From positions 38,588 through 102,587 of the forward strand of contig JAZRTY010000023.1 of NCBI GenBank assembly GCA_045652245.1: a DNA stretch of 64,000 bases, written 5' to 3'. Below, in pieces: positions 21,834 through 31,456 of the stretch. The notes beneath the pieces were generated by a model that was given only the letters and a program-made list of their open reading frames with translations, ran no database searches and was not told the origin of the DNA. Within the stretch, counting starts at the first letter, position 1, and every line of letters starts with the position of its first letter. The DNA is from Eubacteriales bacterium (GTDB lineage: Bacteria; Bacillota; Clostridia; Oscillospirales; CAG-382). A program made the translations under genes and the position numbers.

Positions 21834-23651
21834 ATGGATAATCACGAAAACTATATAGGTAAGCTTTTTGACAAAAGGTACCTTATTGAATCAATTGTCG
21901 GCGAAGGTGGTATGGCTCTTGTTATGAAAGCCAAGGACACCACAAACGGCAAAACAGTATCGGTTAAACTGCTTACCGATAACGAAAAGACAGCTGTTGA
22001 ACGTTTTACAATAGAAGCCAGAGCTGTGGCTCTTTTATCTCATAAAAACATCGTAACAGTCCACGACATTCATCTTGAGGGTGACGCAAAGTATATTGTT
22101 ATGGAATATATAAGTGGAATAACTCTCAAGGAATATTTCGACAAAAAAGGAAAACTCGAATGGCATGAGGCTGTTCACTATATAAATCAGGTTTTACAGG
22201 CACTTGAGCATGCACATTCAAAGGGTGTTATCCACAGGGATATCAAGCCTGAAAACGTAATGCTGCTCCGTAACGGCGAGGTTAAGCTCATTGACTTCGG
22301 TATTGCAAAGCTGCCGGACAGTAAGTCAATTACCGTTATTGACAAGGCAATCGGAACTGTAAACTACATCAGTCCCGAACAGGCAAGCGGCAGACCGTCA
22401 AGTGAAAAATCTGATATCTACTCAACAGGTATTATGCTGTACCAGTTTGTAACGGGAAGTCTGCCTTATGTTTCGGATAGCTCAGTTTCTGTTGCGATGA
22501 TGCACGTAAGCTCAGAGCCTCCGATGCCGACAACCCTTTGTAAAACCTTGCCAATAGGTCTTGAGCAGATCATTATAAAAGCTATTATGAAGTCGCCCGA
22601 AAGACGCTTCGGCTCGGCGCAGGCTATGAGAAAATCTCTTGAATATCTTATTTTGAACCCTGAAATAAAATTTAAGGAAAAGGTTGTTCTCGGCTCTGAC
22701 GGAAAACCAATCACAGGAACAGGTGCTTCTGAAAACAAAAATAAGACAAATATCAAAAACCGTGTGGAGGAAAATGAAATGCGAGCAGATGAAGAACAAG
22801 GTCGTACCTCGATGCTTCCAATCATACTCGGAGTAACGCTTGCTTTCTTTACAGTTGCAGTTATAAGTCTGCTTGTTGCTATGAACAAGTTTGGGATTGT
22901 AGACCTTTTATCACTGGAACCCCGTGACAACGAGGAAAATACCGTTATTATCCCTCAGCTTGTCGGCGAAACATATACGCAGTGGCTATCCGACGAGCTT
23001 ACGGGTGATGGATATTTGCTTGAAGTTAAGTATGTTACAAATATTGAGGCTGAAAAGGATGAAATCATCTCACAGGAGCCGAGTGCCAAATCCGAGAGAA
23101 AAATAATAGAAAACGGTATACCGCTGACGCTTTATGTAAATACCGGAAGCTCGGAAATTCTCCTTGATGATTACCGGATTACCGACGAGAGAGAAGCCAC
23201 CTTTGTTCTTGAAGAGCTTGGGCTTCGTACAAAGGTAATTGAAGAATTCAGCGACACGGTTATAAACGGATATGTAATAAGAACAGAACCCGCCGAGGGT
23301 ACTGTTTTAAAAATCGGTGATACCGTAACTCTTTACGTCAGCAAGGGACAGGAAAAGAACACCGTAAAGATGCCGAATATAATCGGTATGACGGTTTCAC
23401 AGGCAGAACGCGAGCTTGTAAAGAAGGGGATATCTGTTTCTTCAAGAAGCTATGCCGCCTCAAGTGAATATCCTGACGGAACGGTAATCTCTGTCAGCAT
23501 TGAAGCGGGTGAGCTTGTTACCCCAAGGTTTACAAGTGTTGATATTACCATCAGCAAATCGGATGTCAATTCTGAAGCTACCGAAACTATGAATTCAACC
23601 GATCTTCCTGAAAATACAGACAACGAAGAAAGCAATAACAATGACGAGTAA
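21834..23651 (+). CDS. prkC: Ser/Thr protein kinase PrkC with extracellular PASTA repeats
   Basis: 605 aa; kinase motifs HRDIKPEN and DFGIA; one transmembrane segment; C-terminal repeated PASTA-like units. Confidence 0.92.
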   Translation: MDNHENYIGKLFDKRYLIESIVGEGGMALVMKAKDTTNGKTVSVKLLTDNEKTAVERFTIEARAVALLSHKNIVTVHDIHLEGDAKYIVMEYISGITLKEYFDKKGKLEWHEAVHYINQVLQALEHAHSKGVIHRDIKPENVMLLRNGEVKLIDFGIAKLPDSKSITVIDKAIGTVNYISPEQASGRPSSEKSDIYSTGIMLYQFVTGSLPYVSDSSVSVAMMHVSSEPPMPTTLCKTLPIGLEQIIIKAIMKSPERRFGSAQAMRKSLEYLILNPEIKFKEKVVLGSDGKPITGTGASENKNKTNIKNRVEENEMRADEEQGRTSMLPIILGVTLAFFTVAVISLLVAMNKFGIVDLLSLEPRDNEENTVIIPQLVGETYTQWLSDELTGDGYLLEVKYVTNIEAEKDEIISQEPSAKSERKIIENGIPLTLYVNTGSSEILLDDYRITDEREATFVLEELGLRTKVIEEFSDTVINGYVIRTEPAEGTVLKIGDTVTLYVSKGQEKNTVKMPNIIGMTVSQAERELVKKGISVSSRSYAASSEYPDGTVISVSIEAGELVTPRFTSVDITISKSDVNSEATETMNSTDLPENTDNEESNNNDE

Positions 23652-24564
23652 TACAAAGAAGCTTACCGGGAGAATAATTAAAGGCGTCGGTGGTCTTTAT
23701 ACAATTATTCCCGATTCAGACAAAAGTATAAGAATAACTGCAAGTGCAAAGGGGACCTTCCGTCACGAAAAGATAACACCGACTGTCGGCGATATCGTGA
23801 GCTTTGATTGTATTTCAGAGGAAAGTGCTGTTATAACCGATATTCACAACAGAAAAAATCTTCTGGTCCGTCCTGCGTGTGCAAATGTAGATTGTCTTGT
23901 AATTACTGCGTGTGCCAAAAATCCAAAGCCGGATGTTTATATGCTTGATAAGCTATCGGCAGTTGCTCTGTATAACAATATTAAGATATTATTTGTATTT
24001 AACAAGTGCGATATCTGTCCGCCGGATGAGCTTGTGGCTATTTATAACAAGGCAGGCTTTGAAACTGTCGGAATTTCTGCAGCTGAAAGTGATTGCGAAA
24101 GTGCAGGAATACTAAAAATAAGAGAATTTATAAATGGTAAGGTTTCCTTCTTTGCAGGGGCCTCGGGGGTTGGAAAGTCAAGCCTTATGAACGTACTTTT
24201 TCCAAACCTTTCGATTACAACAGGAGGACTCAGCAGGAAAATTTCAAGAGGGAAGCACACTACAAGGGCTACCGAGCTATATTTGGTAAATGATGATACC
24301 TATATTGCCGACACTCCCGGATTTTCCTCCTTTGATGTAGCACAGCTCGGACTTATTCCGAAGGACAGACTTCTTGAGGCCTTTCCGGATATATACAAAA
24401 ACAGTACAGGCTGTGTCTATACCGATTGTACTCACACAGGCGAGGGTGCAGATGTATGCTCGGTAAAAGCAGCGCTCGAAAAAGGGCAGATTTCTCTTTC
24501 CCGTCATGAAAGCTATGTAAAGCTTTACGGTGAAATTTCAGCTATAAAAGAATGGGACAAATAA
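23641..24564 (+). CDS. rsgA: Ribosome small-subunit-dependent GTPase RsgA
   Basis: 307 aa; NKCD, GASGVGKSSLMN, C-terminal Cys/His zinc cluster; overlaps the prkC end by 11 nt. Confidence 0.92.
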   Translation: MTSNTKKLTGRIIKGVGGLYTIIPDSDKSIRITASAKGTFRHEKITPTVGDIVSFDCISEESAVITDIHNRKNLLVRPACANVDCLVITACAKNPKPDVYMLDKLSAVALYNNIKILFVFNKCDICPPDELVAIYNKAGFETVGISAAESDCESAGILKIREFINGKVSFFAGASGVGKSSLMNVLFPNLSITTGGLSRKISRGKHTTRATELYLVNDDTYIADTPGFSSFDVAQLGLIPKDRLLEAFPDIYKNSTGCVYTDCTHTGEGADVCSVKAALEKGQISLSRHESYVKLYGEISAIKEWDK

Positions 24565-24565
24565 A

Positions 24566-25225
24566 ATGCAAAATAAATGTTTTATCTTCACAGGTGGCGA
24601 AAAAATAGCTGCAAAAAACTTCAACAGCGATTACTTTGAAAATGCTTTTCTTATTGCTGCAGATTCAGGTGTTTTACAGTTACTCGAGCTTTCAGAAGTC
24701 GGAATACAAGTAAGTCCTGACCTGCTTTTGGGTGATATGGATTCCTTTGATAAGAAAAGTGCGCAGCAGCTTTTCAAAAATGCAGAGTTCATCCCCTTCC
24801 CACCCGAAAAAGATTATACCGATACCCAGTTAGCCCTTAAAATTGCAATAGAAAAAGGATATACGGATATTGAAATTATCGGTGGAACGGGTGGCCGTTG
24901 TGACCATTTTCTGTCAAATCTTCTGCTGTTTAACTACTGCAGCGAAAATGGCGTGTCACTCACTGTCTGCGACGGAAAAAATAAAATTTTCTACTGCGAC
25001 AGTGGTGTTGTGGATATAAAAAAAGACGAAAAATACAAGTATCTTTCAATTATCCCGTTCGGCGCTCCCCTTTTTGGTGTTTCGATTAAGGGTACAAAGT
25101 ATGAGCTTGAAAATGCAGATGTATCAGATAGTATGCCTGTTACTGTTTCAAACGAAATAATTTGTGATACTTGTAATATCAGTGTAAAAAAAGGGAGCTT
25201 TTACATAATACTCAGCTGTGACTGA
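24566..25225 (+). CDS. thiN: Thiamine diphosphokinase
   Basis: 219 aa; ..GDMDS.., EKDYTD, GGTGGRCDH. Confidence 0.85.
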   Translation: MQNKCFIFTGGEKIAAKNFNSDYFENAFLIAADSGVLQLLELSEVGIQVSPDLLLGDMDSFDKKSAQQLFKNAEFIPFPPEKDYTDTQLALKIAIEKGYTDIEIIGGTGGRCDHFLSNLLLFNYCSENGVSLTVCDGKNKIFYCDSGVVDIKKDEKYKYLSIIPFGAPLFGVSIKGTKYELENADVSDSMPVTVSNEIICDTCNISVKKGSFYIILSCD

Positions 25226-25287
25226 ATATAAAAAAGTGCAAAGTTTACTTTTCTTTTTTTATAAATTTTATCTTACGGAGGTTTGCC

Positions 25288-26004
25288 TTGATACGGCTTG
25301 ACAAATATATTTCAGACACTCTCCCTTGCACACGAAAGGAAGCAATAAAGCTTATAAAGAGTAAAAAAGTAACGGTAAACGGTGAGACAATTACACAATC
25401 AGATAAAAAAATTGACGAAAGTTCATCTGTACTGTGTCTTGGAAACGAGCTTTTCTACAGTAAATACATTTATATTATGCTGAATAAGCCCGAAGGTCTT
25501 ATTTCGGCAACAGAAGACGAGCGTGAAAAAACCGTTATGAGTCTTTTGCCGGAAAGCTACATGACAAAGGGACTTTTCCCTGCAGGCCGTCTTGACAAGG
25601 ACACAACCGGACTTCTCATTCTTACAAATGACGGTGAAACGGCTCACAGGCTATTATCGCCGAAATACAACAAGAAAAAAATCTACAAGGTAACGGCAGA
25701 ATTCCCCTTTTCAAAAGATGATGCTGAAAAATTAAAAGACGGTATTATGCTTGATGACGGAATGACAAAACCTGTAACACTTGAAATCACCGACACCCCG
25801 AATATTGCCTATATGACGCTTACAGAGGGACGTTTTCACGAGGTAAAAAGAATTTGTATAGCTCTTGGCAAAAAATGTGTTGCCCTTAAAAGAGTTGAAT
25901 TTGCATCACTCACACTTGATAAAACTCTTGAAAGAGGCTCTTGGCGACTTTTAACGCAGGAAGAAATTGACATCCTACTTGAAAACAGCCAAAAGAAATC
26001 ATAG
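25288..26004 (+). CDS. RsuA/RluB-family rRNA pseudouridine synthase with S4 domain
   Basis: 238 aa, TTG start; MIRLDKYIS.. S4 domain; catalytic GRLDKDTTGLLILTNDG. Confidence 0.9.
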   Translation: MIRLDKYISDTLPCTRKEAIKLIKSKKVTVNGETITQSDKKIDESSSVLCLGNELFYSKYIYIMLNKPEGLISATEDEREKTVMSLLPESYMTKGLFPAGRLDKDTTGLLILTNDGETAHRLLSPKYNKKKIYKVTAEFPFSKDDAEKLKDGIMLDDGMTKPVTLEITDTPNIAYMTLTEGRFHEVKRICIALGKKCVALKRVEFASLTLDKTLERGSWRLLTQEEIDILLENSQKKS

Positions 26005-26026
26005 TTAAATTTGAAAGGAACCAAAT

Positions 26027-26776
26027 ATGAAAGCACTCATAACAGGCGCAAGCTCAGGACTTGGCAGGGAATTTGCACTGCAGCTATCCGGGCTTGGATA
26101 TGATATAATTGTAGTTGCAAGACGTGAAGACAGGTTACTTGAGCTAAAAAATGAAGTAAAAACAAATCTTGTCTATTTTGTATGTGACCTTGCAAATATT
26201 GAAGAATGTACAGCACTTTACGAAAAGGTAAAGAGTGAAGACATTGATATAGTTATAAATAATGCAGGCTTCGGACTTATCGGAAGCTTTACAGAAAGCG
26301 ACCTATCTCGTGAGCTTGAAATGATTGATGTAAACTGCAAGGCGCTTCATATTCTGATGAAGCTGTTTTTGAAGAAATTTTACCGTGAAAACAAGGGGTA
26401 TATTTTAAATGTATGTTCTATTGCAGGCTTTCTTCCGGGTCCCCTTATGGCAACATATTATGCCACAAAGGCATATGTTTTGAGTCTTAGTCGTGCTATA
26501 TATGAGGAAATACGAAAGGATAAAAAGAATATTTACGTCGGCGCTCTTTGTCCGGGCCCTGTTACTACTGAGTTTTCAAAGGTTTCAAGAGCAAGCTTTG
26601 CAGTAAAATCAAAAAAAGCTGATGCTGTCGTAGCATATGCAATAAAAAAGATGCTGAAAAAGAAAAATACCATTCTTCCCGGGTTCGAGATTAAATTATC
26701 GGCATTGGCTTCAAAATTCTTGCCCTGGAAGCTGCTTTCAAGAATAAGCTGTCACGTGCAGAAAAAGAAAATATAA
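26027..26776 (+). CDS. Short-chain dehydrogenase/reductase (SDR) family oxidoreductase
   Basis: 249 aa; TGASSGLG cofactor motif, NNAG, YxxxK (YYATK). Confidence 0.85.
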   Translation: MKALITGASSGLGREFALQLSGLGYDIIVVARREDRLLELKNEVKTNLVYFVCDLANIEECTALYEKVKSEDIDIVINNAGFGLIGSFTESDLSRELEMIDVNCKALHILMKLFLKKFYRENKGYILNVCSIAGFLPGPLMATYYATKAYVLSLSRAIYEEIRKDKKNIYVGALCPGPVTTEFSKVSRASFAVKSKKADAVVAYAIKKMLKKKNTILPGFEIKLSALASKFLPWKLLSRISCHVQKKKI

Positions 26777-26792
26777 TAAAAAAACACAAAAA

Positions 26793-26830
26793 AACGGTAA
26801 TCTTTCGATTACCGTTAATTTTTGTGTTTT
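26793..26830. terminator. Bidirectional terminator between SDR gene and rpsU
   Basis: AACGGTAATC-tttc-GATTACCGTT, perfect 10-bp stem, flanked by A-run and T-rich run. Confidence 0.75.
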
Positions 26831-26857
26831 TCACACCAAGTCTTGCTTTTACGAAAA

Positions 26858-27034
26858 TTACTTGAATTTACGCTTACGAGCAGCTTCTGATTTCTTCTTA
26901 CGCTTTACGCTGGGTTTTTCATAGTGCTCTCTCTTACGAAGTTCTGTGAGTACTCCGCTTCTGGCACACTGTCTCTTAAATCTGCGAAGTGCGCTGTCAA
27001 GACTCTCATTTTCTTTAATTTTAATTTCTGCCAT
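26858..27034 (-). CDS. rpsU: 30S ribosomal protein S21
   Basis: Own translation (58 aa, below ORF-track cutoff): [58 protein letters not shown]; GGAGGGAGGGAA RBS upstream. Confidence 0.93.
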   Translation of the reverse strand: MAEIKIKENESLDSALRRFKRQCARSGVLTELRKREHYEKPSVKRKKKSEAARKRKFK

Positions 27035-27085
27035 TTATTTTCCCTCCCTCCGCAGTGGCTAAAGAGATATTTTCCTCACTAAAGT

Positions 27086-27114
27086 ATTATACACTATTTT
27101 TATTTGCTTGTCAA
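27086..27114 (-). promoter_or_regulatory. Consensus sigma-A promoter of rpsU
   Basis: Minus strand TTGACA -17 nt- TATAAT, about 50 nt upstream of the rpsU start. Confidence 0.65.
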
Positions 27115-27173
27115 GTGGTATATTAAAATTCATAAAATTTTAATACTTTTGTTTTAAAAGAACGACAATTTTC

Positions 27174-29609
27174 TTATCTTACAACGATATTCACGAGCTT
27201 ATTGGGTACAAAAATTTCCTTAACTATTGTCTTTCCCTCAATTGCACTTGCTACCTTTTCGTTTGCCTTAACAGCTGCAATTACATCATCCTTTGCGCTG
27301 TCAAGCGGAAGTGAAATTGTACCCTTGAGCTTTCCACAAACCTGCATTACAATTTCAACACTTGAGTCAACAGTTTTTGCTTCGTCAAAGGTCGGCCAGG
27401 GTTCATACGCGATAGTATCGTTATGACCGAGAATCTGCCATAGTTCCTCACCGATATGGGGGCTGATGCAGGAGAGCATCTTTACAAAGCCTTCAGCATA
27501 GACCTTAGGACATTTACCTTCCTTATAAACTGCATTTACGAATATCATCATCTGGGATATAGCTGTATTGAAGGCAAGCTTTTCAAAGTCCTCGGTAATC
27601 TTCTTGACACTCTTGTGATAAATGCTCTCAAGTGCTCCACCCTCGCAATCGATAATGTTTTCCGGCTCTGTAAAGAAGTTCCATACACGGTTTAAGAACT
27701 TTTTAGCTCCTTCAACACCCTGATTGCTCCAGGGCTTTGAAACCTCAAGTGGTCCCATAAACATTTCGTAAAGTCGGAGAGTGTCTGCACCGTAATCGCG
27801 TACAACGTCGCTGGGGTTTACAACGAATTCGGGGAAACGCTTACCCATCTTTATACCGTTAGAGCCGAGTATCATACCCTGATGTACAAGCTTCTTGAAG
27901 GGCTCCTTCGTGGGAGCAAGTCCCTTATCGTAAAGGTATCTGTTCCATATTCTTGAATACATAAGGTGACCTACGGCGTGCTCGGGTCCGCCTATGTAAA
28001 GGTCGACCGGCATCCAATGCTTAAGTAACTCCTGATTTGCAAACTCGTCATTGTTATTCGGGTCGATATAACGCAGGAAATACCAGCTTGAGCCTGCAGA
28101 GCCGGGCATTGTTGAGGTTTCTCTCTTGCCCTTTATGCCATTTTTATCATACTGCTTCCACGCTACTGCATTTTCAAGAGGAGCTTTTCCGTTTTCACCC
28201 TTGTAGTTTTCAAGCTCGGGAAGTACAAGCGGAAGCTCGCAATCTTCAAGAACGTGTACCTCGCCGTCCTCACCGTGAACGACCGGCACGGGCTCACCCC
28301 AGTATCGTTGTCTGGCGAATATCCATTCTCTGAAGTGGTAGTTGACAGTTCTCTTTGCAACCCCCATCTTTTCAAGTTTCGATGTAATTGCTTCCTTCGC
28401 CTCTTCAACGGTAAGACCTGTGAATTCTTCAGAGTTTATGAGTTTATATCCCTTTCCGAGATATTCACCCTTTTCAAAAGCCTTTTCGGAAACGTCAACG
28501 TGACCAAGCTTTTCGTCACCGTCGATTACCTGAAGCATATCAATGTTATGAGCAATAGCATATTCAAAGTCACGCTGGTCGTGAGAAGGAACTGCCATTA
28601 CAGCACCTGTTCCATAGCTTGCAAGTACGAAATCACCAATGAACATTCTTACTTCCTTACCGTTTATAGGATTTATACAGGTAATACCCTTGAGCTCACA
28701 ACCGGACTTTGTCTTATTAAGCTCGGTTCTGTCCATATCGTTCTTCTTGAGTGTTTCGTCAATATAAGCCTGAACCTCGTCTTTATTCTCAATTCTCGGC
28801 ATAAGCTGCTTTACAATATCTCCGTCAGGAGCGAGAACCATAAAGGTTATACCGTAAATAGTTTCAATACAAGTGGTAAATATTGAGAATTCTCCACCAC
28901 CAACTATCTGGAATTTAACCTCAACGCCGGTGGACTTGCCGATCCAGTTCTTCTGCATAAGCTTTGTGGATTCGGGCCAGTCAACCTCGTCAAGTCCCTC
29001 AAGTAGCTTTTCTGCAAAGGCAACCTGGTCGATAACCCACTGTTTCATATTCTTTCTGACAACGGGATATCCACCACGCTCGGACTTTCCGTCGATAACC
29101 TCGTCGTTGGAAAGAACTGTTCCAAGCTCTTCACACCAGTTAACCGGCATATCAATATATTTGGCATACCCGTCAAGGTAAAGCTGCTTGAATATCCACT
29201 GAGTCCATTTATAATACTCAGGGTCACTTGTTGCTATCATCTTACTCCAGTCGTAGTCAAAGCCAAGTTCACGCAGCTGCTTTGAGAAGGTCTTTATATT
29301 ATCCTTTGTAAAGCCATTCGGGTGATTACCGGTAGTTACTGCATATTGCTCTGCAGGAAGACCGAAGGAGTCGTACCCCATAGGATGAAGGACATTGTAG
29401 CCCTGCATTCTCTTCATTCTTGAAACTATATCTGTTGCCGTATATCCTTCCGGGTGACCGGCATGAAGTCCTACACCTGACGGGTACGGGAACATATCAA
29501 GAACGTAATATTTTGGCTTTGAGAAATCCCAGACGTCAGTCTTGAAGGTTTCATTCTTCTCCCAATATTCCTGCCATTTCTTTTCAATTGCAGAAAAGTT
29601 ATATTCCAT
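27174..29609 (-). CDS. leuS: Leucine-tRNA ligase
   Basis: Start moved to ATG 29609 (MEYNFSAIEKKWQEYW.., typical LeuS N-terminus); 811 aa; HIGH-region sequence HAGHPEGY. Confidence 0.95.
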   Translation of the reverse strand: MEYNFSAIEKKWQEYWEKNETFKTDVWDFSKPKYYVLDMFPYPSGVGLHAGHPEGYTATDIVSRMKRMQGYNVLHPMGYDSFGLPAEQYAVTTGNHPNGFTKDNIKTFSKQLRELGFDYDWSKMIATSDPEYYKWTQWIFKQLYLDGYAKYIDMPVNWCEELGTVLSNDEVIDGKSERGGYPVVRKNMKQWVIDQVAFAEKLLEGLDEVDWPESTKLMQKNWIGKSTGVEVKFQIVGGGEFSIFTTCIETIYGITFMVLAPDGDIVKQLMPRIENKDEVQAYIDETLKKNDMDRTELNKTKSGCELKGITCINPINGKEVRMFIGDFVLASYGTGAVMAVPSHDQRDFEYAIAHNIDMLQVIDGDEKLGHVDVSEKAFEKGEYLGKGYKLINSEEFTGLTVEEAKEAITSKLEKMGVAKRTVNYHFREWIFARQRYWGEPVPVVHGEDGEVHVLEDCELPLVLPELENYKGENGKAPLENAVAWKQYDKNGIKGKRETSTMPGSAGSSWYFLRYIDPNNNDEFANQELLKHWMPVDLYIGGPEHAVGHLMYSRIWNRYLYDKGLAPTKEPFKKLVHQGMILGSNGIKMGKRFPEFVVNPSDVVRDYGADTLRLYEMFMGPLEVSKPWSNQGVEGAKKFLNRVWNFFTEPENIIDCEGGALESIYHKSVKKITEDFEKLAFNTAISQMMIFVNAVYKEGKCPKVYAEGFVKMLSCISPHIGEELWQILGHNDTIAYEPWPTFDEAKTVDSSVEIVMQVCGKLKGTISLPLDSAKDDVIAAVKANEKVASAIEGKTIVKEIFVPNKLVNIVVR

Positions 29610-29632
29610 TTTTCTATCCATTCCTTTCTGAA

Positions 29633-29658
29633 ACCTGTATCTGAACACAGATACAGGT
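29633..29658 (-). other. Perfect 11-bp stem-loop in the rsfS-leuS spacer
   Basis: ACCTGTATCTG-4 nt-CAGATACAGGT; on the coding (minus) strand followed only by TTTC, so a poor terminator. Confidence 0.5.
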
Positions 29659-29682
29659 ATTTATACTGTCATATTTTATTTT

Positions 29683-30141
29683 TTAATTTTCGTCTGAAGG
29701 GAGCTTTTCAAAGGGCACTTCGATTCCTTCTGACCATAACTTTTCAAGCTTGTAAAATTCCTTTGACTGCACTCCGAAGATATGCACAATTACAAAACCG
29801 TAATCTAAAAGCACCCAGGTTCCACTTCCGGCTCCCTCTGTACGAAGTGGCTTTATACCTTCCTGCGAAAGTCTGAATTCGATTTCGTCGGCAAGGGAAT
29901 TTACCTGTGTGGTTGATGTACCGGTTCCGAACACAAAGCAGTCTGTGATTATTGTCTTTTCGTGAACATTCAGGATTTTTACATCCAGTGCTTTTTTTGC
30001 ATCAAGAATAGCAGCGATTTTTTTAGAAAGCTCTATGGATTCCTCAACTCTACGTCTATCCTGCTCGCTGTCCGGAGTGATTTTAGCAACTTTTTCTGAT
30101 TCTACTTCTTCATTTTCAAGTATTTCTTTATTTTCAGACAT
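29683..30141 (-). CDS. rsfS: Ribosome silencing factor RsfS with acidic N-terminal extension
   Basis: 152 aa; core ...AAILDAKKALDVKILNV..DCFVFGTGTSTTQV..WVLLDYGFVIVHIF; about 35 extra acidic residues at the N-terminus. Confidence 0.88.
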   Translation of the reverse strand: MSENKEILENEEVESEKVAKITPDSEQDRRRVEESIELSKKIAAILDAKKALDVKILNVHEKTIITDCFVFGTGTSTTQVNSLADEIEFRLSQEGIKPLRTEGAGSGTWVLLDYGFVIVHIFGVQSKEFYKLEKLWSEGIEVPFEKLPSDEN

Positions 30142-30187
30142 TTTGTCCTCCCGTATTATTAAAAATTATACAACCGACAAATAAACC

Positions 30188-31414
30188 TCAGTTCCAATAA
30201 ATGAGCGGCGGATTATCCTCGTTTATATCCTGTGCAGTACTTCCGCCTGTATACTCGGAATTTTCAGGCTCGCCCTTGAGCATTATCGGCTCAACATTTT
30301 CCTGCTTCAGTTCCTTATCAAAGGCATTGAAATATTTATTTACAAGGTCAAGATTGGCTTTTTCGTAAACCGAAAAGTACGAGATACCGTCTGTATGATA
30401 GAGCGCCTCTCCCTGAAGTGAATGCATTGTAATCTGTGACAGATCCATTTCAAGAAGCTCCTTTCCGAAAACCACAGCATCGGAAATGCTCACGTCTGTT
30501 TCAAGATAATCAAGAACTGTATCTGCAAGCTCAGGAATTTTTCCGATTGTGGAAACGCTGAAAAGTTTATCAAGGAATGCCGACATAAATATTTTCTGTG
30601 CATCCATTCTTCCGATATCGGCATTTACATAACCCGAACGGAACCTTACAAAGCCCTCTGCCTCATTACCCGTCAGATGGTGATTTCCTTTTGTAAGATT
30701 TATTTCAAGATCCTGGTATTCGTCGTAATAGGTCATATCCTCCTGCACATAGACATCCACTCCGTCTATTGCATCAACTATATGACGAAAGCCGGAAATA
30801 TCCACAAAAATATACCTGTCTATAACAATACCGAAGTTTGTAAGGAGTGCATCACAGAGTCCTTCAACACCTGCTTGCTTGCGCTCGGAGAGCGATTTCC
30901 CTGCCCAGGCTGCATTATTATAGGCTGCAGAATACACCGAATTGAGCTTTTTAAAGCTGTACGGCACATTAACATAAGTATCTCTCGGCATCTGAAGAAT
31001 AGCAATTTTATTATTCTTTGTATCAAAGGAAAGTGCCATTATAACATCTGTATTACTTCCGGCAACATCCTTACCTACAAGCAGAAAATTGTAAAAGCCT
31101 TCTTTTCTCTTTACACTTTCACTACTATCGGGAAATTCTCCGTTACCGATTTCAATTTCGTCATTCCCTCTTACCTGTTCGTCGTCGGGAGTCTCATCAC
31201 CCGTAAAAAAGCCCTTGAGGTTTATCCAGAAGCTTTCAAATAAATTGGGCTCGTTCTCTTCAAGTTCACTTCCAAACGGATTATCCTCCGAAACATCCGG
31301 TGTGCTTGAAAGAGTTATTCCAATACAGGACACAACAAGCAGTGCAAGTGCTGCAATTATGAACAATACAATTATTAACTTTGTTTTTTTCTGCCCGTTT
31401 TCGGGATTATTCAT
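30188..31414 (-). CDS. LytR-CpsA-Psr (LCP) family cell-envelope transferase
   Basis: Start moved to ATG 31414 (GGAGG 8 nt upstream). Transmembrane anchor, then NFLLVGKDVAGSNTDVIMALSFD...LQMPRDTYV LCP signature. Confidence 0.85.
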   Translation of the reverse strand: MNNPENGQKKTKLIIVLFIIAALALLVVSCIGITLSSTPDVSEDNPFGSELEENEPNLFESFWINLKGFFTGDETPDDEQVRGNDEIEIGNGEFPDSSESVKRKEGFYNFLLVGKDVAGSNTDVIMALSFDTKNNKIAILQMPRDTYVNVPYSFKKLNSVYSAAYNNAAWAGKSLSERKQAGVEGLCDALLTNFGIVIDRYIFVDISGFRHIVDAIDGVDVYVQEDMTYYDEYQDLEINLTKGNHHLTGNEAEGFVRFRSGYVNADIGRMDAQKIFMSAFLDKLFSVSTIGKIPELADTVLDYLETDVSISDAVVFGKELLEMDLSQITMHSLQGEALYHTDGISYFSVYEKANLDLVNKYFNAFDKELKQENVEPIMLKGEPENSEYTGGSTAQDINEDNPPLIYWN

Positions 31415-31456
31415 CTGTATTACCTCCAAAAATCAAACACAAATCGGTACCTTCAA

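Noticed and set aside
27174-29648. - LeuS KMSKS-region reading KMGKR (in ..GSNGIKMGKRFPEF..) as a functional anomaly.
- The 13-codon N-terminal extension in the track.
   Set aside because: - The extension covers the spacer hairpin and lacks an RBS.
- The motif variant keeps both lysines, and I cannot judge its rarity without an alignment, so it is not reported as a finding.
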